64,000 nt of DNA from an uncultured Mycoplasmatota bacterium. Lineage in GTDB: Bacteria > Bacillota_I > Bacilli_A > RF39 > UBA660. Position numbers and translations under genes: made by a program. The notes below the pieces were generated by a model. That model was not told the origin of the DNA and did not search any database. It saw only the letters and a program-made list of their open reading frames with translations. This document shows positions 1-9,662 of the stretch, piece by piece. Position 1 is the first letter of the stretch, and the number at the start of each line of letters is the position of its first letter. The stretch is from contig USFF01000003.1 in NCBI GenBank assembly GCA_900553835.1, forward strand, positions 4,183-68,182, read 5' to 3'.

Positions 1-145
1 GTTTTACCGTTTTATCTCTACCTAATATTATTTTGTCTTTGTTATTTAACTCTATATTAGCGAGCACTTTTCTTTGCGCTTCTCTTAAATCTTCATTATT
101 AGATAAAGGCATTTCAAATGCGTTATAAAGATCATTTGTTTTCAT
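1..145 (-). CDS. 5'-partial ORF downstream of gpmI (N-terminus MKTNDLYNAFEMPLSNNEDLREAQRKVL...); product unknown, not enolase-like
   Basis: Reverse-strand ATG at 143-145 opens a frame that runs off the window start. It overlaps the gpmI stop by 14 nt. No clear SD. Confidence 0.2.
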   Translation of the reverse strand, partial: MKTNDLYNAFEMPLSNNEDLREAQRKVLANIELNNKDKIILGRDKTVK

Positions 146-1643
146 CTTTTATTATTAAACTTTCTCCAGTCATAGCGCTTGGTTTTTTTATTTCGTACAT
201 GTCTATTATAGTTGGCGCGATGTCTTTTAAAGAACCTTCTTCTTTTAGTTTATATTCATCATTACATATTATAAATGGTACTTTACTAGTTGTATGGCTA
301 GTTATTGGAGTTCCATCTTTGTTTAGCATTTTTTCTGCATTACCATGATCTGCTGTTATTATTAACTCATAAAATTGACTTTTTGCTTTTTCATATATTT
401 TACCCATACAGAAATCTGTTATTTCAATTGCATCTACTACTGCTTTGTAATTTCCAGTATGTCCTACCATATCAGGGTTTGCAAAATTTATTAGTATGAA
501 GTCGTAGTCATTTTCCATTTCTTTTAAAGCTGTTTCAGTTACTTCTCCTACACTCATTTCTGGTTTCATATCATATGTTGGGACATTAGGACTTGGTACT
601 AAGAATTTTTCTATCCTTGAGCTATTTAAATCTTTATCTCCATCAAAGAAATGAGTTACATGAGCATATTTTTCTGTTTCTGCTATTCTTGCTTGATTAA
701 ATTCAAGTTCGTCTAAGTATTCTCCTAACGTGTCATTTGGTCTTTCTACATCAAAGGCATATGGTACATTTTTGTGTATTTTAAATAGTGAAATGAATTT
801 AGTTTTTTCAAAGTGTTTTGTTTTAAACATTTTGAAATTAGGATCTGTTAAAGCATCTATTAATTCTTTCATTCTTTCAGGTCTAAAGTTTACGAATATA
901 ACTGCATCTTTTTCTTTTATAGTGCAGGATGGAGTTATTATACTTGGGTTTATGAATTCATCAGTTATGTCTCTTTTATAGTGCTCTTTGAAACATATGT
1001 TTTCATTTGGAAATACGTTTCCACTTTCATAGCATATGGCATTGTATGCCTTTTTTATCCTTTCCCATCTGTTATCTCTATCCATTGCATAGTATCTTCC
1101 GCTTATTGTACCTATTACTCCAGTGTTTAGTTTTTTTGCTTTTTCCATGAAGTTATTCACGTATTTTATTCCATTAGTTCTTGGAGTATCTCTTCCATCT
1201 GTTATAAAGTGGAATACTACTTTTTCTACTTTTTTTAGTTTAGCTGCTGCGAGGGTTGCATAGAAATGGTTTATACTAGAGTGTACTCCACCATCTGAAA
1301 GTAATCCTATCAAATGAAGCGTGCTATTATTTTCATTAACATAATCCATTGTTTCATTAAGTAGTTCGTTTTTAAAAAACTCTTTTGATTTTATTTTATC
1401 ATTTATGTATGATAAAGCACCTGGGTTTATTCTTCCACTCCCTATAGTCATGTGACCTACTTCTGAGTTTCCCATTTGTCCTTTTGGAAGGCCCACTTCT
1501 ATTCCGCTTGCTTCTAATTCAGAATGAGGATATACTGCTAAAAGTTTATCCATTACTGGTGTTTTCGCTTCTTTTATGGCATTACCATAATCACTTTTAT
1601 TTATTCCATATCCATCTAATATTAATAATATAATTTTTTTCAT
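132..1643 (-). CDS. gpmI: 2,3-bisphosphoglycerate-independent phosphoglycerate mutase
   Basis: 503-aa ORF with iPGM hallmarks (N-terminal MKK..LLILDGYG, metal-binding DGRD, ADHGNAE). Confidence 0.9.
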   Translation of the reverse strand: MKKIILLILDGYGINKSDYGNAIKEAKTPVMDKLLAVYPHSELEASGIEVGLPKGQMGNSEVGHMTIGSGRINPGALSYINDKIKSKEFFKNELLNETMDYVNENNSTLHLIGLLSDGGVHSSINHFYATLAAAKLKKVEKVVFHFITDGRDTPRTNGIKYVNNFMEKAKKLNTGVIGTISGRYYAMDRDNRWERIKKAYNAICYESGNVFPNENICFKEHYKRDITDEFINPSIITPSCTIKEKDAVIFVNFRPERMKELIDALTDPNFKMFKTKHFEKTKFISLFKIHKNVPYAFDVERPNDTLGEYLDELEFNQARIAETEKYAHVTHFFDGDKDLNSSRIEKFLVPSPNVPTYDMKPEMSVGEVTETALKEMENDYDFILINFANPDMVGHTGNYKAVVDAIEITDFCMGKIYEKAKSQFYELIITADHGNAEKMLNKDGTPITSHTTSKVPFIICNDEYKLKEEGSLKDIAPTIIDMYEIKKPSAMTGESLIIKDENK

Positions 1644-1696
1644 TAATTTTGTTCACCTAGATATATTCTAGCACAAGTTTTGATTTTTTTAAAGTA

Positions 1697-2449
1697 TTAG
1701 CATATTTTTAGTTTGTCTAAACGCATTTTATCCGCGATTGTTACTATGAATTCAGAGTTTGTTGGTTTTGCTTTGTCTATATCAACTGAATGACCAAATA
1801 TTTCTTCCATTAAATCCCAGTCTCCCCTGTTCCATGATACTTCTATTGCATGTCTTATTGCTCTTTCAACCCTTGTTACACTGGCATTGTATTTTTTACC
1901 AAGTTCTGGATATAGTTCTTTAGTTATCCCGCCTATTAATCCTTCATTTGAATATACCATTGATATTGCATCTCTTATGTATTGATAACCTTTTATATGC
2001 GAAGGTATTCCAAGCTCATGAAGTATTTTTGAAATTGTAACGTGAATTTCATTTGATTTTAGATCTAGTACTTCAGGAACTCTTTCATTACAAACTGATA
2101 TTATTCTTTTTTCTAAGTCTTTTAAGTCAAATGGTTTTAGAACAAAATATCTTACACCAAATTCACTTACGTTTCTAATTGTTTCTTGTTCATTGTAACT
2201 TGTAACTACTATTATATTTCTTTTTAAATTATTTTCTTTTATTTTTTCTAGTACATATATTCCATCTTTTCTAGGCATGATTAAATCTAGTAATACACAA
2301 TCATAATTTGTTTTTTCTATTTTTTCCCATGCTTCTTCTCCATCATAAGCAGTTGCAACTACTTCTATTGTTTCACTTTGTGAAAAGAACTCTTTTAACA
2401 TTTCTACCATTACTTTGTTATCATCTACTACTAAAATCTTTTTCTTCAT
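1697..2449 (-). CDS. spo0A: Sporulation master regulator Spo0A (receiver domain plus Spo0A-specific C-terminal DNA-binding domain)
   Basis: N-terminal receiver (VVDDN...LLDLIMP) and the C-terminal Spo0A signature (IHVTISKILHELGIPSHIKGYQYIRDAI ... EFIVTIADKMRL). Confidence 0.85.
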   Translation of the reverse strand: MKKKILVVDDNKVMVEMLKEFFSQSETIEVVATAYDGEEAWEKIEKTNYDCVLLDLIMPRKDGIYVLEKIKENNLKRNIIVVTSYNEQETIRNVSEFGVRYFVLKPFDLKDLEKRIISVCNERVPEVLDLKSNEIHVTISKILHELGIPSHIKGYQYIRDAISMVYSNEGLIGGITKELYPELGKKYNASVTRVERAIRHAIEVSWNRGDWDLMEEIFGHSVDIDKAKPTNSEFIVTIADKMRLDKLKIC

Positions 2450-2510
2450 TTTTATTCCTCTTTCTGTTATACATTATAATACACTTATTATAAAAATTAA
2501 ATGTGTTAAA

Positions 2511-2529
2511 TTTGTCTAATTTTGTCTAA
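2511..2529. promoter_or_regulatory. Tandem 10-bp direct repeat TTTGTCTAAT/TTTGTCTAAA in the spo0A upstream region; resembles degenerate 0A boxes (TGTCGAA vs TGTCTAA)
   Basis: Two copies read directly from the sequence at 2511-2519 and 2521-2529, about 60-80 bp upstream of the spo0A start. Confidence 0.3.
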
Positions 2530-2568
2530 AATGATTAAAATGGTTCATCAAATGTAAAAAGAAAAAAC

Positions 2569-3258
2569 CTAATAATTTAGATTTTTTAGTATTTCTTTGG
2601 TTTCATTTATGTTTAATGATATTTTTCCTATTAGTACTCCATCTGTAATTTTTAATATGTCATTTATGTTTTCTTTGTTAACTGATCCACCATATATTAT
2701 AGGAGTGTCTTCTTCAAAGTGTTTGTTTATGTATTTTTTTATGTAATAGTAAGTGTTTTCTATGTTTTTTAAGTCAACTGTTTCTCCTTCTATTTTACTT
2801 ACTGGTTCATAGGCAATTATTAGATTTTTTAGTGCATCATATTCTATGCTTTTTAGATAGTATTTTAGTTCTTTTTTTATTGTTTTGATGTTTTCATCAT
2901 GGCCTATACATAGCACTGTTTGAAATCCCATGTTTAAACTTTTAAATAATTTGTCTTTTATTTTAGTGTATGTGTCTAAATTAAGAAGTAATCTTTCTGG
3001 ATGGCCAACCATTGTATATTTTATATTCATACTTTTTAAGCTTTCTAAACATATTTCTCCTGTGTAAGAACCATAATTGTAACTATAGAAGTTTTGACTT
3101 CCTATATTTAGTTTTGAGTTATTAAACATAGAAAGATAAACTATGTTTGGCATTAATACTAGGTTTTCTTTAATTTTTGTTTTTTCTAATTCTTCTTTGT
3201 ATTTTTTTATTTCTTCATAACTTAAGTAACTTTTATGATTTAGAATTATTGTTTTCAT
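2569..3258 (-). CDS. tpiA: Triose-phosphate isomerase (divergent)
   Basis: Motifs VGHPERL, AYEPV and IYGGSV match the TIM signatures GHSERR / AYEPVWAIGTG / YGGSV. It sits between pgk and gpmI, the canonical position. Confidence 0.7.
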   Translation of the reverse strand: MKTIILNHKSYLSYEEIKKYKEELEKTKIKENLVLMPNIVYLSMFNNSKLNIGSQNFYSYNYGSYTGEICLESLKSMNIKYTMVGHPERLLLNLDTYTKIKDKLFKSLNMGFQTVLCIGHDENIKTIKKELKYYLKSIEYDALKNLIIAYEPVSKIEGETVDLKNIENTYYYIKKYINKHFEEDTPIIYGGSVNKENINDILKITDGVLIGKISLNINETKEILKNLNY

Positions 3259-4397
3259 TTTTCCTCCATTATTTCTAGAGGTTTTAATGTTTTTCCTTCT
3301 AGATATTCAAGCGATGCTCCACCACCTGTAGATAAGTAACTTGGAGTAAAGTTATATTTTTTTGATGCTGCGCCTGCATCTCCACCTAGTACTACTACAG
3401 TACTCTTTGTTTGTTTTAGAAAGTTAAATAGTTCTTTTGTACCATTTTCATAGTTTTCATCTTCATATTTACCCATAGTTCCATTTATAATTATTAATGG
3501 TTTATTATGTAACACCTTTTTATACATGCTAATTGTTTCGGGTCCAATATCATATATTGTTTCATCAGTATTAATGTGTCCAATTTCTTTTACACCATTT
3601 TCTGTTACTACATCTATTGGAAGCACTATTTTGTTAGTTGTAATTAATTTTTTACATTCTTCAAGTAGGTTATCCTCTACTAATGTTTTACCAACATTAA
3701 TGTTTTCACTTTTTAGGAAAGTAGCACTCATTTTGCCACCTATTAGTACTTTTTCTGATGTAGGTAATAAATTTTTTATTACACCAATTTTGTCCTCAGC
3801 TTTTGCTCCTCCTAGCAAAAGTGTTTTGTTTTCATTTTTAATTTTGTTTAGTTCTTCTATTTCTTTTAATACTAGAAAGCCTACTGCATGTGGTAAGTAT
3901 TTGCTTATTCCATAAGTTGATGCATGTTCTCGGTGGCTTGAAGCAAAAGCATCTAGTATGAAAACTTCTCCTAAAGATGCCCAGTATTTTGATAATTCTT
4001 CATCACAATTACTTTCTAATTTATTAGGGTAATCCATAAATCTTGTGTTTTCTAGAAGTAATATATCTCTTTCTTTTAGGTTATTTACTAGTTCTTCTAA
4101 TTCTTTTCCTTTTAATTTACTACTAAAGTAAATTTTTTTGTTAAGAAGCCCTTCTAATTCTTCTTTAACTGGTAATAATGAATTATTTAGATCCTCTTTA
4201 GTTTTTACTTTGCCTAAATGAGACATAAGAATTATTTTAACATTTTTTTCTAATAGATAATTTATTGTTTCTAGTGATGCTTTTATTCTGTTATTGTCTA
4301 CAACTTTGCCATCCTTAATACTTACATTATAGTCTACTCTTAGTATTACTTTTTTGTTTTCTAAATTTATATCTTTTAGTGTTCGCATTTTAGTCAC
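3255..4397 (-). CDS. pgk: Phosphoglycerate kinase
   Basis: 380-aa ORF with PGK motifs (ILRVDYNVS, LLENTRF, GGGAS), upstream of tpi. Confidence 0.9.
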   Translation of the reverse strand: MTKMRTLKDINLENKKVILRVDYNVSIKDGKVVDNNRIKASLETINYLLEKNVKIILMSHLGKVKTKEDLNNSLLPVKEELEGLLNKKIYFSSKLKGKELEELVNNLKERDILLLENTRFMDYPNKLESNCDEELSKYWASLGEVFILDAFASSHREHASTYGISKYLPHAVGFLVLKEIEELNKIKNENKTLLLGGAKAEDKIGVIKNLLPTSEKVLIGGKMSATFLKSENINVGKTLVEDNLLEECKKLITTNKIVLPIDVVTENGVKEIGHINTDETIYDIGPETISMYKKVLHNKPLIIINGTMGKYEDENYENGTKELFNFLKQTKSTVVVLGGDAGAASKKYNFTPSYLSTGGGASLEYLEGKTLKPLEIMEEK

Positions 4398-4482
4398 CTT
4401 ATAATTATTATACTATTAATATTCTATTTTGAACTAAATTTGTTCATTTTTATACATAAAGTTTACTAATTATTTTTTACTA

Positions 4483-4518
4483 AAACAACACACAGGGCAA
4501 GAGTTGTGTGTTGTTTTA
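4483..4518. terminator. Perfect 13-bp-stem hairpin AAAACAACACACA-loop-TGTGTGTTGTTTT between the 197-aa ORF and pgk; a possible intra-operon terminator or attenuator
   Basis: Inverted repeat read directly from the sequence; U-rich 3' side on the minus-strand transcript. Confidence 0.4.
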
Positions 4519-4520
4519 GG

Positions 4521-5114
4521 TTAATTTTGCACTTTATTATTTAAATATTTTTCTATTAATACTTTTTTTATTTTTTCATTTTGTTCTTGTTCATTTTCTA
4601 TTTCTTCTCTTTGTTTTTTTAGTTTATTAGTGTAACTTAGACATTCATTTATTATGGCATCAACTGTATGTATACCTTTTTCTTTAAATAATTTGTTATC
4701 TTCTTTTTTGTATGTGAAAAGTGTTTTATTTACTTTTTCTAAGGAGTAATGATTTAAATTGTAGCAAATATTAAAGCGATTAATCCATTTATCAAATATT
4801 ATGCAGTAATCAGGCAAGTTTTTTCTTGATACGTTGAATTTAGGATTTCTCCTATATGGAAATTCGTATTGTTTTTGACGGTCCATGTATATAACTGGTA
4901 TTTTTTTACCTGTTATTAACTCTCTAACATAAAATGGTGATTCACCTGTAATAAAAAGTATTTCATTATTTTTTGTTATGTATCTACTTTCTATATATAC
5001 CTTGTCTAATCTGTCCGCATTTTTATCACCTAAAAAAGCAATTCCCCCTTCATATATGTTTTTAGTTAAAAGTATTTCTTTGATCGCTTTTAATGTATTT
5101 AGCATGTGCTTCAC
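4521..5114 (-). CDS. Hypothetical 197-aa protein inserted between gap and pgk
   Basis: Clean ORF. Possible Rossmann-like N-terminus (IYEGGIAFLGDKNADRL). No family recognised. Confidence 0.5.
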   Translation of the reverse strand: MKHMLNTLKAIKEILLTKNIYEGGIAFLGDKNADRLDKVYIESRYITKNNEILFITGESPFYVRELITGKKIPVIYMDRQKQYEFPYRRNPKFNVSRKNLPDYCIIFDKWINRFNICYNLNHYSLEKVNKTLFTYKKEDNKLFKEKGIHTVDAIINECLSYTNKLKKQREEIENEQEQNEKIKKVLIEKYLNNKVQN

Positions 5115-5241
5115 CTCTTGGCTTTATATTATATATCACTAGTAATTCTTTGTAAAGGAAAATAGAAATGTAGATGTCCATTTTAGTTTTTTGAAGTTGT
5201 TTCTACACCTAATTCTAATTTAATTAAATTAAAAGCACATT

Positions 5242-6246
5242 TTAGTACTTTTTGCACCAATAATGCGCTGTTTTAAGCATTTGACTAGTATAGCCCCATT
5301 CGTTATCATACCAAGCTGATACCTTTATAATATGTAAGTCATTAGTATTAATTGTTTTTGTAAGTAATCCATCTACAATTGCCCCTTCTGTTGTACCAAT
5401 TATGTCTGAACTTACAAGTGGAACATTTACTATTTTTATTACATCAGATGTGTTTCCTTTAAACATGTCATTTACTTCTTCGGGTGTAACTGATTTTTTT
5501 ACATTAACCATTAAGTCAATTAAACTTCCGTCTCCTACTGGTACCCTGTATGAAGCACCTTCTAATTTGCCATTTAATTCAGGGATTACTCTCCCAATCG
5601 TACTTGCAGCTCCAGTTGAGGTTGGTACAATGTTAAGTGAAGCTGCTCTTCCACGTCTACTTTCTATTCCTTTTTTGTGTGGAATATCAAGTGTTTCTTG
5701 ATCATTTGTTATGGCATGAACTGTAGACATAAATCCTGCTTCAACTATAAAGCATTTGTTTAGTAAGTTAAGTACAGGTGCTAAGCAGTTTGTTGTACAT
5801 GATGCTGCACTTAATACTATGTCTTCTTTATCTATTATTTTTTCATTTACTCCATAAACTATTGTCTTACATTCGTCTTTTGCTGGCGCACTGATGAGGA
5901 CTTTTTTTGCGCCTGCATTTATGTGAGCCATACTTTTTTCTTTGGATGTGAAAGCTCCAGTACACTCAAGTACGATATCTACTTTTAATTCTTCCCATGG
6001 TAATTTATTTGGATCGCTTTCGCTAAAGACTTTTATTTTTTTTCCATCTATTTCTATGTATTCATCCTCACAAGCAACTTTACTATTTAGTGTTCTATGA
6101 ACAGAATCATATTTATAAAAATAGGCAAGCGTTAAACTATCTGTTAAGTCATTTATTCCCACTACTTCCATATCTTTTCTGTCCATTATTTGTCTTAAGG
6201 CACATCTTCCTATTCTACCAAAACCATTAATTGCTACTCTTATCAT
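5242..6246 (-). CDS. gap: Glyceraldehyde-3-phosphate dehydrogenase (type I)
   Basis: Start reset to MIRVAINGFGRIGR, where the reverse-strand AAGGAGA SD sits 7 nt upstream of the ATG at 6246. SCTTNC active site and WYDNEWGY present. Confidence 0.9.
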   Translation of the reverse strand: MIRVAINGFGRIGRCALRQIMDRKDMEVVGINDLTDSLTLAYFYKYDSVHRTLNSKVACEDEYIEIDGKKIKVFSESDPNKLPWEELKVDIVLECTGAFTSKEKSMAHINAGAKKVLISAPAKDECKTIVYGVNEKIIDKEDIVLSAASCTTNCLAPVLNLLNKCFIVEAGFMSTVHAITNDQETLDIPHKKGIESRRGRAASLNIVPTSTGAASTIGRVIPELNGKLEGASYRVPVGDGSLIDLMVNVKKSVTPEEVNDMFKGNTSDVIKIVNVPLVSSDIIGTTEGAIVDGLLTKTINTNDLHIIKVSAWYDNEWGYTSQMLKTAHYWCKKY

Positions 6247-6259
6247 TCTTTTTCTCCTT

Positions 6260-7909
6260 TTATTCAAAATATCCATTACCTATAAACTCCCTTAAAACAG
6301 CAGTACTTGGAACATCACTTTCAGAAATGTTTAAGAAATATCTTAAAAAATTAATTATTCTTAGTGCTTCCCCATAGTATTCATCATCCATTTTTACTGA
6401 ATATAATAGTGGCACTGCATAAGTTTTAAGTACACCTAATTCATATATTAACGCTGTATTTAGTACTATATCTGCTTCTTTTTGGTAAGGAAATATGTAT
6501 TTTTCTTCACTTTTTCTTACTACTTGCCAATTTTTAAGTGTTTCAGAAGCACTATAACCTCTTGTTCTATGGTCTCTTACCAATCTCCTTATTAATCTGA
6601 TATCAAGAGTTGATACGTGATTATGTCTGTCTAGTCCTAGTGGTGTGAATGGACTAATATATATTTTAAGCTTATTTTTTCTATCTATACTAGAAGTTAG
6701 TTTTTCATTTAACGTATGTATTCCTTCTATTATAATTATTTCGTTTTCTTTTAATTTAATTGGTTTTCCTTTGTATTCTTTTTCTCCAGTTAGGAAATTA
6801 TATGTTGGTAACATACATTCTTTTTTATTTAGTAAATCATTTAATTTTTGATTAAATAGGTTAATATCTATTGCTTCGGGTATGTCAAATAAGTAGTTAC
6901 CATTTTCATCTTTAGGTGTGTTTTTTCTTTCTAAAAAGAAATCATCAGTTGATAGTACAAATGTGTCTATTCCTTTGTTTTTAAGGTATAATGATAGTTT
7001 TTTGCTAGTTGTTGTTTTCCCAGAACTAGAAGGTCCTGCGATTAAAACAACCTTTATTTTGTCAATATTAGTTTCAATTATGTTTGCCACATTATTTAAA
7101 TCACTATTTTGTTTAATTTCATTAAGTTCTATAAATTCTTTTATTTTACTATCTATTACTATGTTATTTACCTCTCCTACATAGTTGACACCTAGTATTT
7201 TTGACCAATTTGCATATGCTTTAAATACGTTTAGTACTCCTTCTATATGTGTATATTTTGGGATAGTTAAATTCTCTCTTTCAGGATATTCAAGCATTAC
7301 GGCTCCATCTTTAGTTAAAGTTAAATCAAATTTATTTAATATTTTTGTGTTCACTGGCATTTGGGAATAAAAGTAGTTATAGTAGTCTAGCATTTTATAA
7401 AGTGTTACTACTTCATCTGATGTTTGTTCATATATACTTGCTTTTTCATATTCTTTGATATTTTTAAAGTAGTTAAGTGCTTCTTTTCTTGGTACTTGTA
7501 CTTTTTGTATTCTTATGTTTTCTTTCGAAAGTTCAAACATTTTATTTTTTATTTCATTTATTATTTTTTCATTTACATCTATGTTTATTTTAGTATATAT
7601 ACCTTTATCTAATGAATGTTTTAGTTCAACATTTGTGCCACTTCCAAATAATTCTTTTACGGCTGTTATGTACAAAAATTTGAGCCCACTTCTATATATT
7701 CTAGCACCATTTATATTTTTTAGGTCTATTAGTTTCATTTTAGTGTCTTCATATAGTTTATAGTCTAGTTCTACTACTTCCCCATTTATTGAAGCAGCAA
7801 TTATTTCGTTTTCTAGGTTTTGTTTATTTATTATTTCTTCTATACTAGTTCCTTCTTTTAGCACTACTGAGCCTACATTTTCAATGTCTACTATTATATC
7901 ATTATTCAT
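6260..7909 (-). CDS. TGS-domain / uridine-kinase-family P-loop NTPase (549 aa)
   Basis: N-terminal TGS-like region. Walker A GPSSSGKTTTSKKL and a uridine-kinase-like core. It occupies the position where cggR usually sits upstream of gap. Confidence 0.55.
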   Translation of the reverse strand: MNNDIIVDIENVGSVVLKEGTSIEEIINKQNLENEIIAASINGEVVELDYKLYEDTKMKLIDLKNINGARIYRSGLKFLYITAVKELFGSGTNVELKHSLDKGIYTKINIDVNEKIINEIKNKMFELSKENIRIQKVQVPRKEALNYFKNIKEYEKASIYEQTSDEVVTLYKMLDYYNYFYSQMPVNTKILNKFDLTLTKDGAVMLEYPERENLTIPKYTHIEGVLNVFKAYANWSKILGVNYVGEVNNIVIDSKIKEFIELNEIKQNSDLNNVANIIETNIDKIKVVLIAGPSSSGKTTTSKKLSLYLKNKGIDTFVLSTDDFFLERKNTPKDENGNYLFDIPEAIDINLFNQKLNDLLNKKECMLPTYNFLTGEKEYKGKPIKLKENEIIIIEGIHTLNEKLTSSIDRKNKLKIYISPFTPLGLDRHNHVSTLDIRLIRRLVRDHRTRGYSASETLKNWQVVRKSEEKYIFPYQKEADIVLNTALIYELGVLKTYAVPLLYSVKMDDEYYGEALRIINFLRYFLNISESDVPSTAVLREFIGNGYFE

Positions 7910-8015
7910 CTATAGCACCTACTTTCATATATATTATATCAAATTTTTAGATTTTTGCCTTATTATTTGTATATTTTTTTATTTTTTTCGTAAATATATT
8001 TATAGGTGATTAGAA

Positions 8016-8582
8016 ATGATTATTCCAACAATTGTTGATAAGGAAGATGGGATGTATAAAGCGTTTGATATTTATAGTAGACTTCTTAAGGATAGAATTA
8101 TTTTTTTAAGCGGTGAAATTACTGATGAAACTGCAAATTTAGTTGTTAGCGAACTTCTTTATTTAAATAGTCTAAGTACTGATGATATTTATCTTTATAT
8201 TAATAGTCCTGGTGGTTCTGTTACAGCTGGAATGGCTATTTATGATACTATGAATTTTATTGAAAGTGACGTTTCTACTATTTGCGTTGGTATGTGTGCT
8301 TCTATGGCAGCTTTCCTTTTGAGTAGTGGAGAGAAGGGAAAGAGAATTGCACTTAAAAATAGTGAGGTTATGATACATCAACCCCTTGGGGGCGCTAGTG
8401 GTCAGGCTACTGAAATTAAAATTGCTGCTGAAAGAATTATCAAGCTTAAGAAGAAGATAAATGAAATTTTATCTATTAACACTGGTAAAAGTTTAAGTAA
8501 GATTACTAAAGATACTGAGAGAGATTATTTTTTAGATGCAGATGAAGCTTTAGAATATGGACTAGTTGATCAAGTATTATAA
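8016..8582 (+). CDS. clpP: ATP-dependent Clp protease proteolytic subunit
   Basis: [15 protein letters not shown] and [11 protein letters not shown] motifs (catalytic Ser and His). SD AGGTGA upstream. Confidence 0.9.
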   Translation: MIIPTIVDKEDGMYKAFDIYSRLLKDRIIFLSGEITDETANLVVSELLYLNSLSTDDIYLYINSPGGSVTAGMAIYDTMNFIESDVSTICVGMCASMAAFLLSSGEKGKRIALKNSEVMIHQPLGGASGQATEIKIAAERIIKLKKKINEILSINTGKSLSKITKDTERDYFLDADEALEYGLVDQVL

Positions 8583-8583
8583 A

Positions 8584-8614
8584 AAGGTTCTTTTTTAGAG
8601 AACCTTTTTTAAGT
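8584..8614. terminator. Bidirectional rho-independent terminator (GGTTCT-loop-AGAACC flanked by A- and T-runs)
   Basis: Hairpin plus U-tracts, located between the convergent clpP and the 8595..9497 ORF. Confidence 0.5.
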
Positions 8615-9497
8615 AGTATACATTATGTTTTTCTTTTATAGCGCTATATAAAGTACTCTGTAAAAGACTAGCAACTTTTTCTGTTTTTGCTGCGACACTT
8701 TTATTAATTTTGTTAATTAGTTCTTCATCTAGTCTTAATGATGCTGCTTTTATGTGCGCTAAAGAAATCGCTAATTCTTCTAAAGTTTCTATGTCTTCCA
8801 AGTCTTTTTCTGTGTAGTTTATTATTCTTTTAATTTTATCAATTAACATGCTTAGATAAGCATCTTCTTCAAAAGATATACTTCTAAAATATTTAGCACA
8901 TTTATTCATGTAATATTCACCTGTTAGAACTAATTTTTCTGGTTTTCTGTATTTTATGTCTAGCATAGTTCCTTCCACTATGAATGTTATATAGGCAAGT
9001 GTGTATTTGTATTCTATTAGTTTATTTTTTAATTCTTTACTGTTATTTAAATTTGTGAAGTCATGTAGGTAATATAATACTGAGTTTATCATGTCATATG
9101 TTTGAGATAGTCTTATTGTTTCTACAATTTCATCTACCGCTTTGTTTTTTGATGTTGTTATAGTTTGAAGAGTATCTAATCTTTTATTAATACGAAGAAC
9201 TGCTATATCTTCAATGTTTCCTTCTTTAATAGGGTCGTTATTTATTTTGTGCATAAGTCCCATTACTATGTTATCAGCTAAAGTTATTCTTCTATTTGTA
9301 TTTAGTTTATTTATTTCTCCATCAATTACTTCTTCTAAAAATCTATATCTTTTTATTATTTCATCGTATTCTGGAGTGTCTATTTTTTCATTGATTTCTA
9401 AATTAATTAGCATTTCTAGTAATTTATATTCAGTTTTTGAGAAATTTATTAATTCTCTTACTATACCGTTAACAAATAGTATTTCATTATTATCCAT
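8595..9497 (-). CDS. Hypothetical 300-aa protein, predicted all-helical, divergent from a small XRE regulator
   Basis: Long ORF with no recognised motif. Confidence 0.45.
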   Translation of the reverse strand: MDNNEILFVNGIVRELINFSKTEYKLLEMLINLEINEKIDTPEYDEIIKRYRFLEEVIDGEINKLNTNRRITLADNIVMGLMHKINNDPIKEGNIEDIAVLRINKRLDTLQTITTSKNKAVDEIVETIRLSQTYDMINSVLYYLHDFTNLNNSKELKNKLIEYKYTLAYITFIVEGTMLDIKYRKPEKLVLTGEYYMNKCAKYFRSISFEEDAYLSMLIDKIKRIINYTEKDLEDIETLEELAISLAHIKAASLRLDEELINKINKSVAAKTEKVASLLQSTLYSAIKEKHNVYYLKKVL

Positions 9498-9553
9498 AAT
9501 ACAACTACTCCTTTGGTAAGTATTTTATACTATTTAATTTATTTTGTAAAGAA

Positions 9554-9585
9554 AAATGTTGATAAATCTAGATTTATCAACATTT
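9554..9585. promoter_or_regulatory. 32-bp perfect palindrome AAATGTTGATAAATCTAGATTTATCAACATTT in the divergent promoter region; candidate operator and/or bidirectional terminator
   Basis: Perfect dyad with 16-bp arms centred on CTAG, followed by TTTTTT. It lies between the starts of the 8595..9497 ORF (minus strand) and the XRE gene (plus strand). Confidence 0.4.
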
Positions 9586-9662
9586 GTTTTTTGTGTGTTA
9601 ATAATTACTTATCCATTTTAATATTAAGAAAAATTTACTTATTAAGTATAGTGGTGAAGATA

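Noticed and set aside
118-499. Plus-strand ORFs 118..348 and 305..499 from the six-frame track
   Set aside because: They lie antisense within gpmI. Low-complexity translations typical of AT-rich antisense frames. The same reasoning applies to the many 60-190-aa plus-strand ORFs inside minus-strand genes (for example 3526..3915, 5402..5701, 11190..11633, 35785..36345) and the minus-strand ORFs inside gyrA and mfd.
5242-6276. Long N-terminal extensions in the ORF track (gap MDILNKRRKR..., mnmG MFRKIKKEEKL..., dnaA MKVNKLWVTFGGGS..., dnaX MEVF..., rsmI MDHILKKY..., ricT MIWLVIK..., pduL, comK-like)
   Set aside because: The internal ATGs have proper SD spacing and match conserved family N-termini. 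The extensions would overlap upstream genes. Starts were reset accordingly.
9557-9584. TGTTGATAA / TTATCAACA inverted pair inside the 32-bp palindrome as DnaA boxes (the same 9-mer as the oriC boxes)
   Set aside because: A single inverted pair far from oriC in AT-rich DNA. More plausibly an XRE operator. Kept only as a note.
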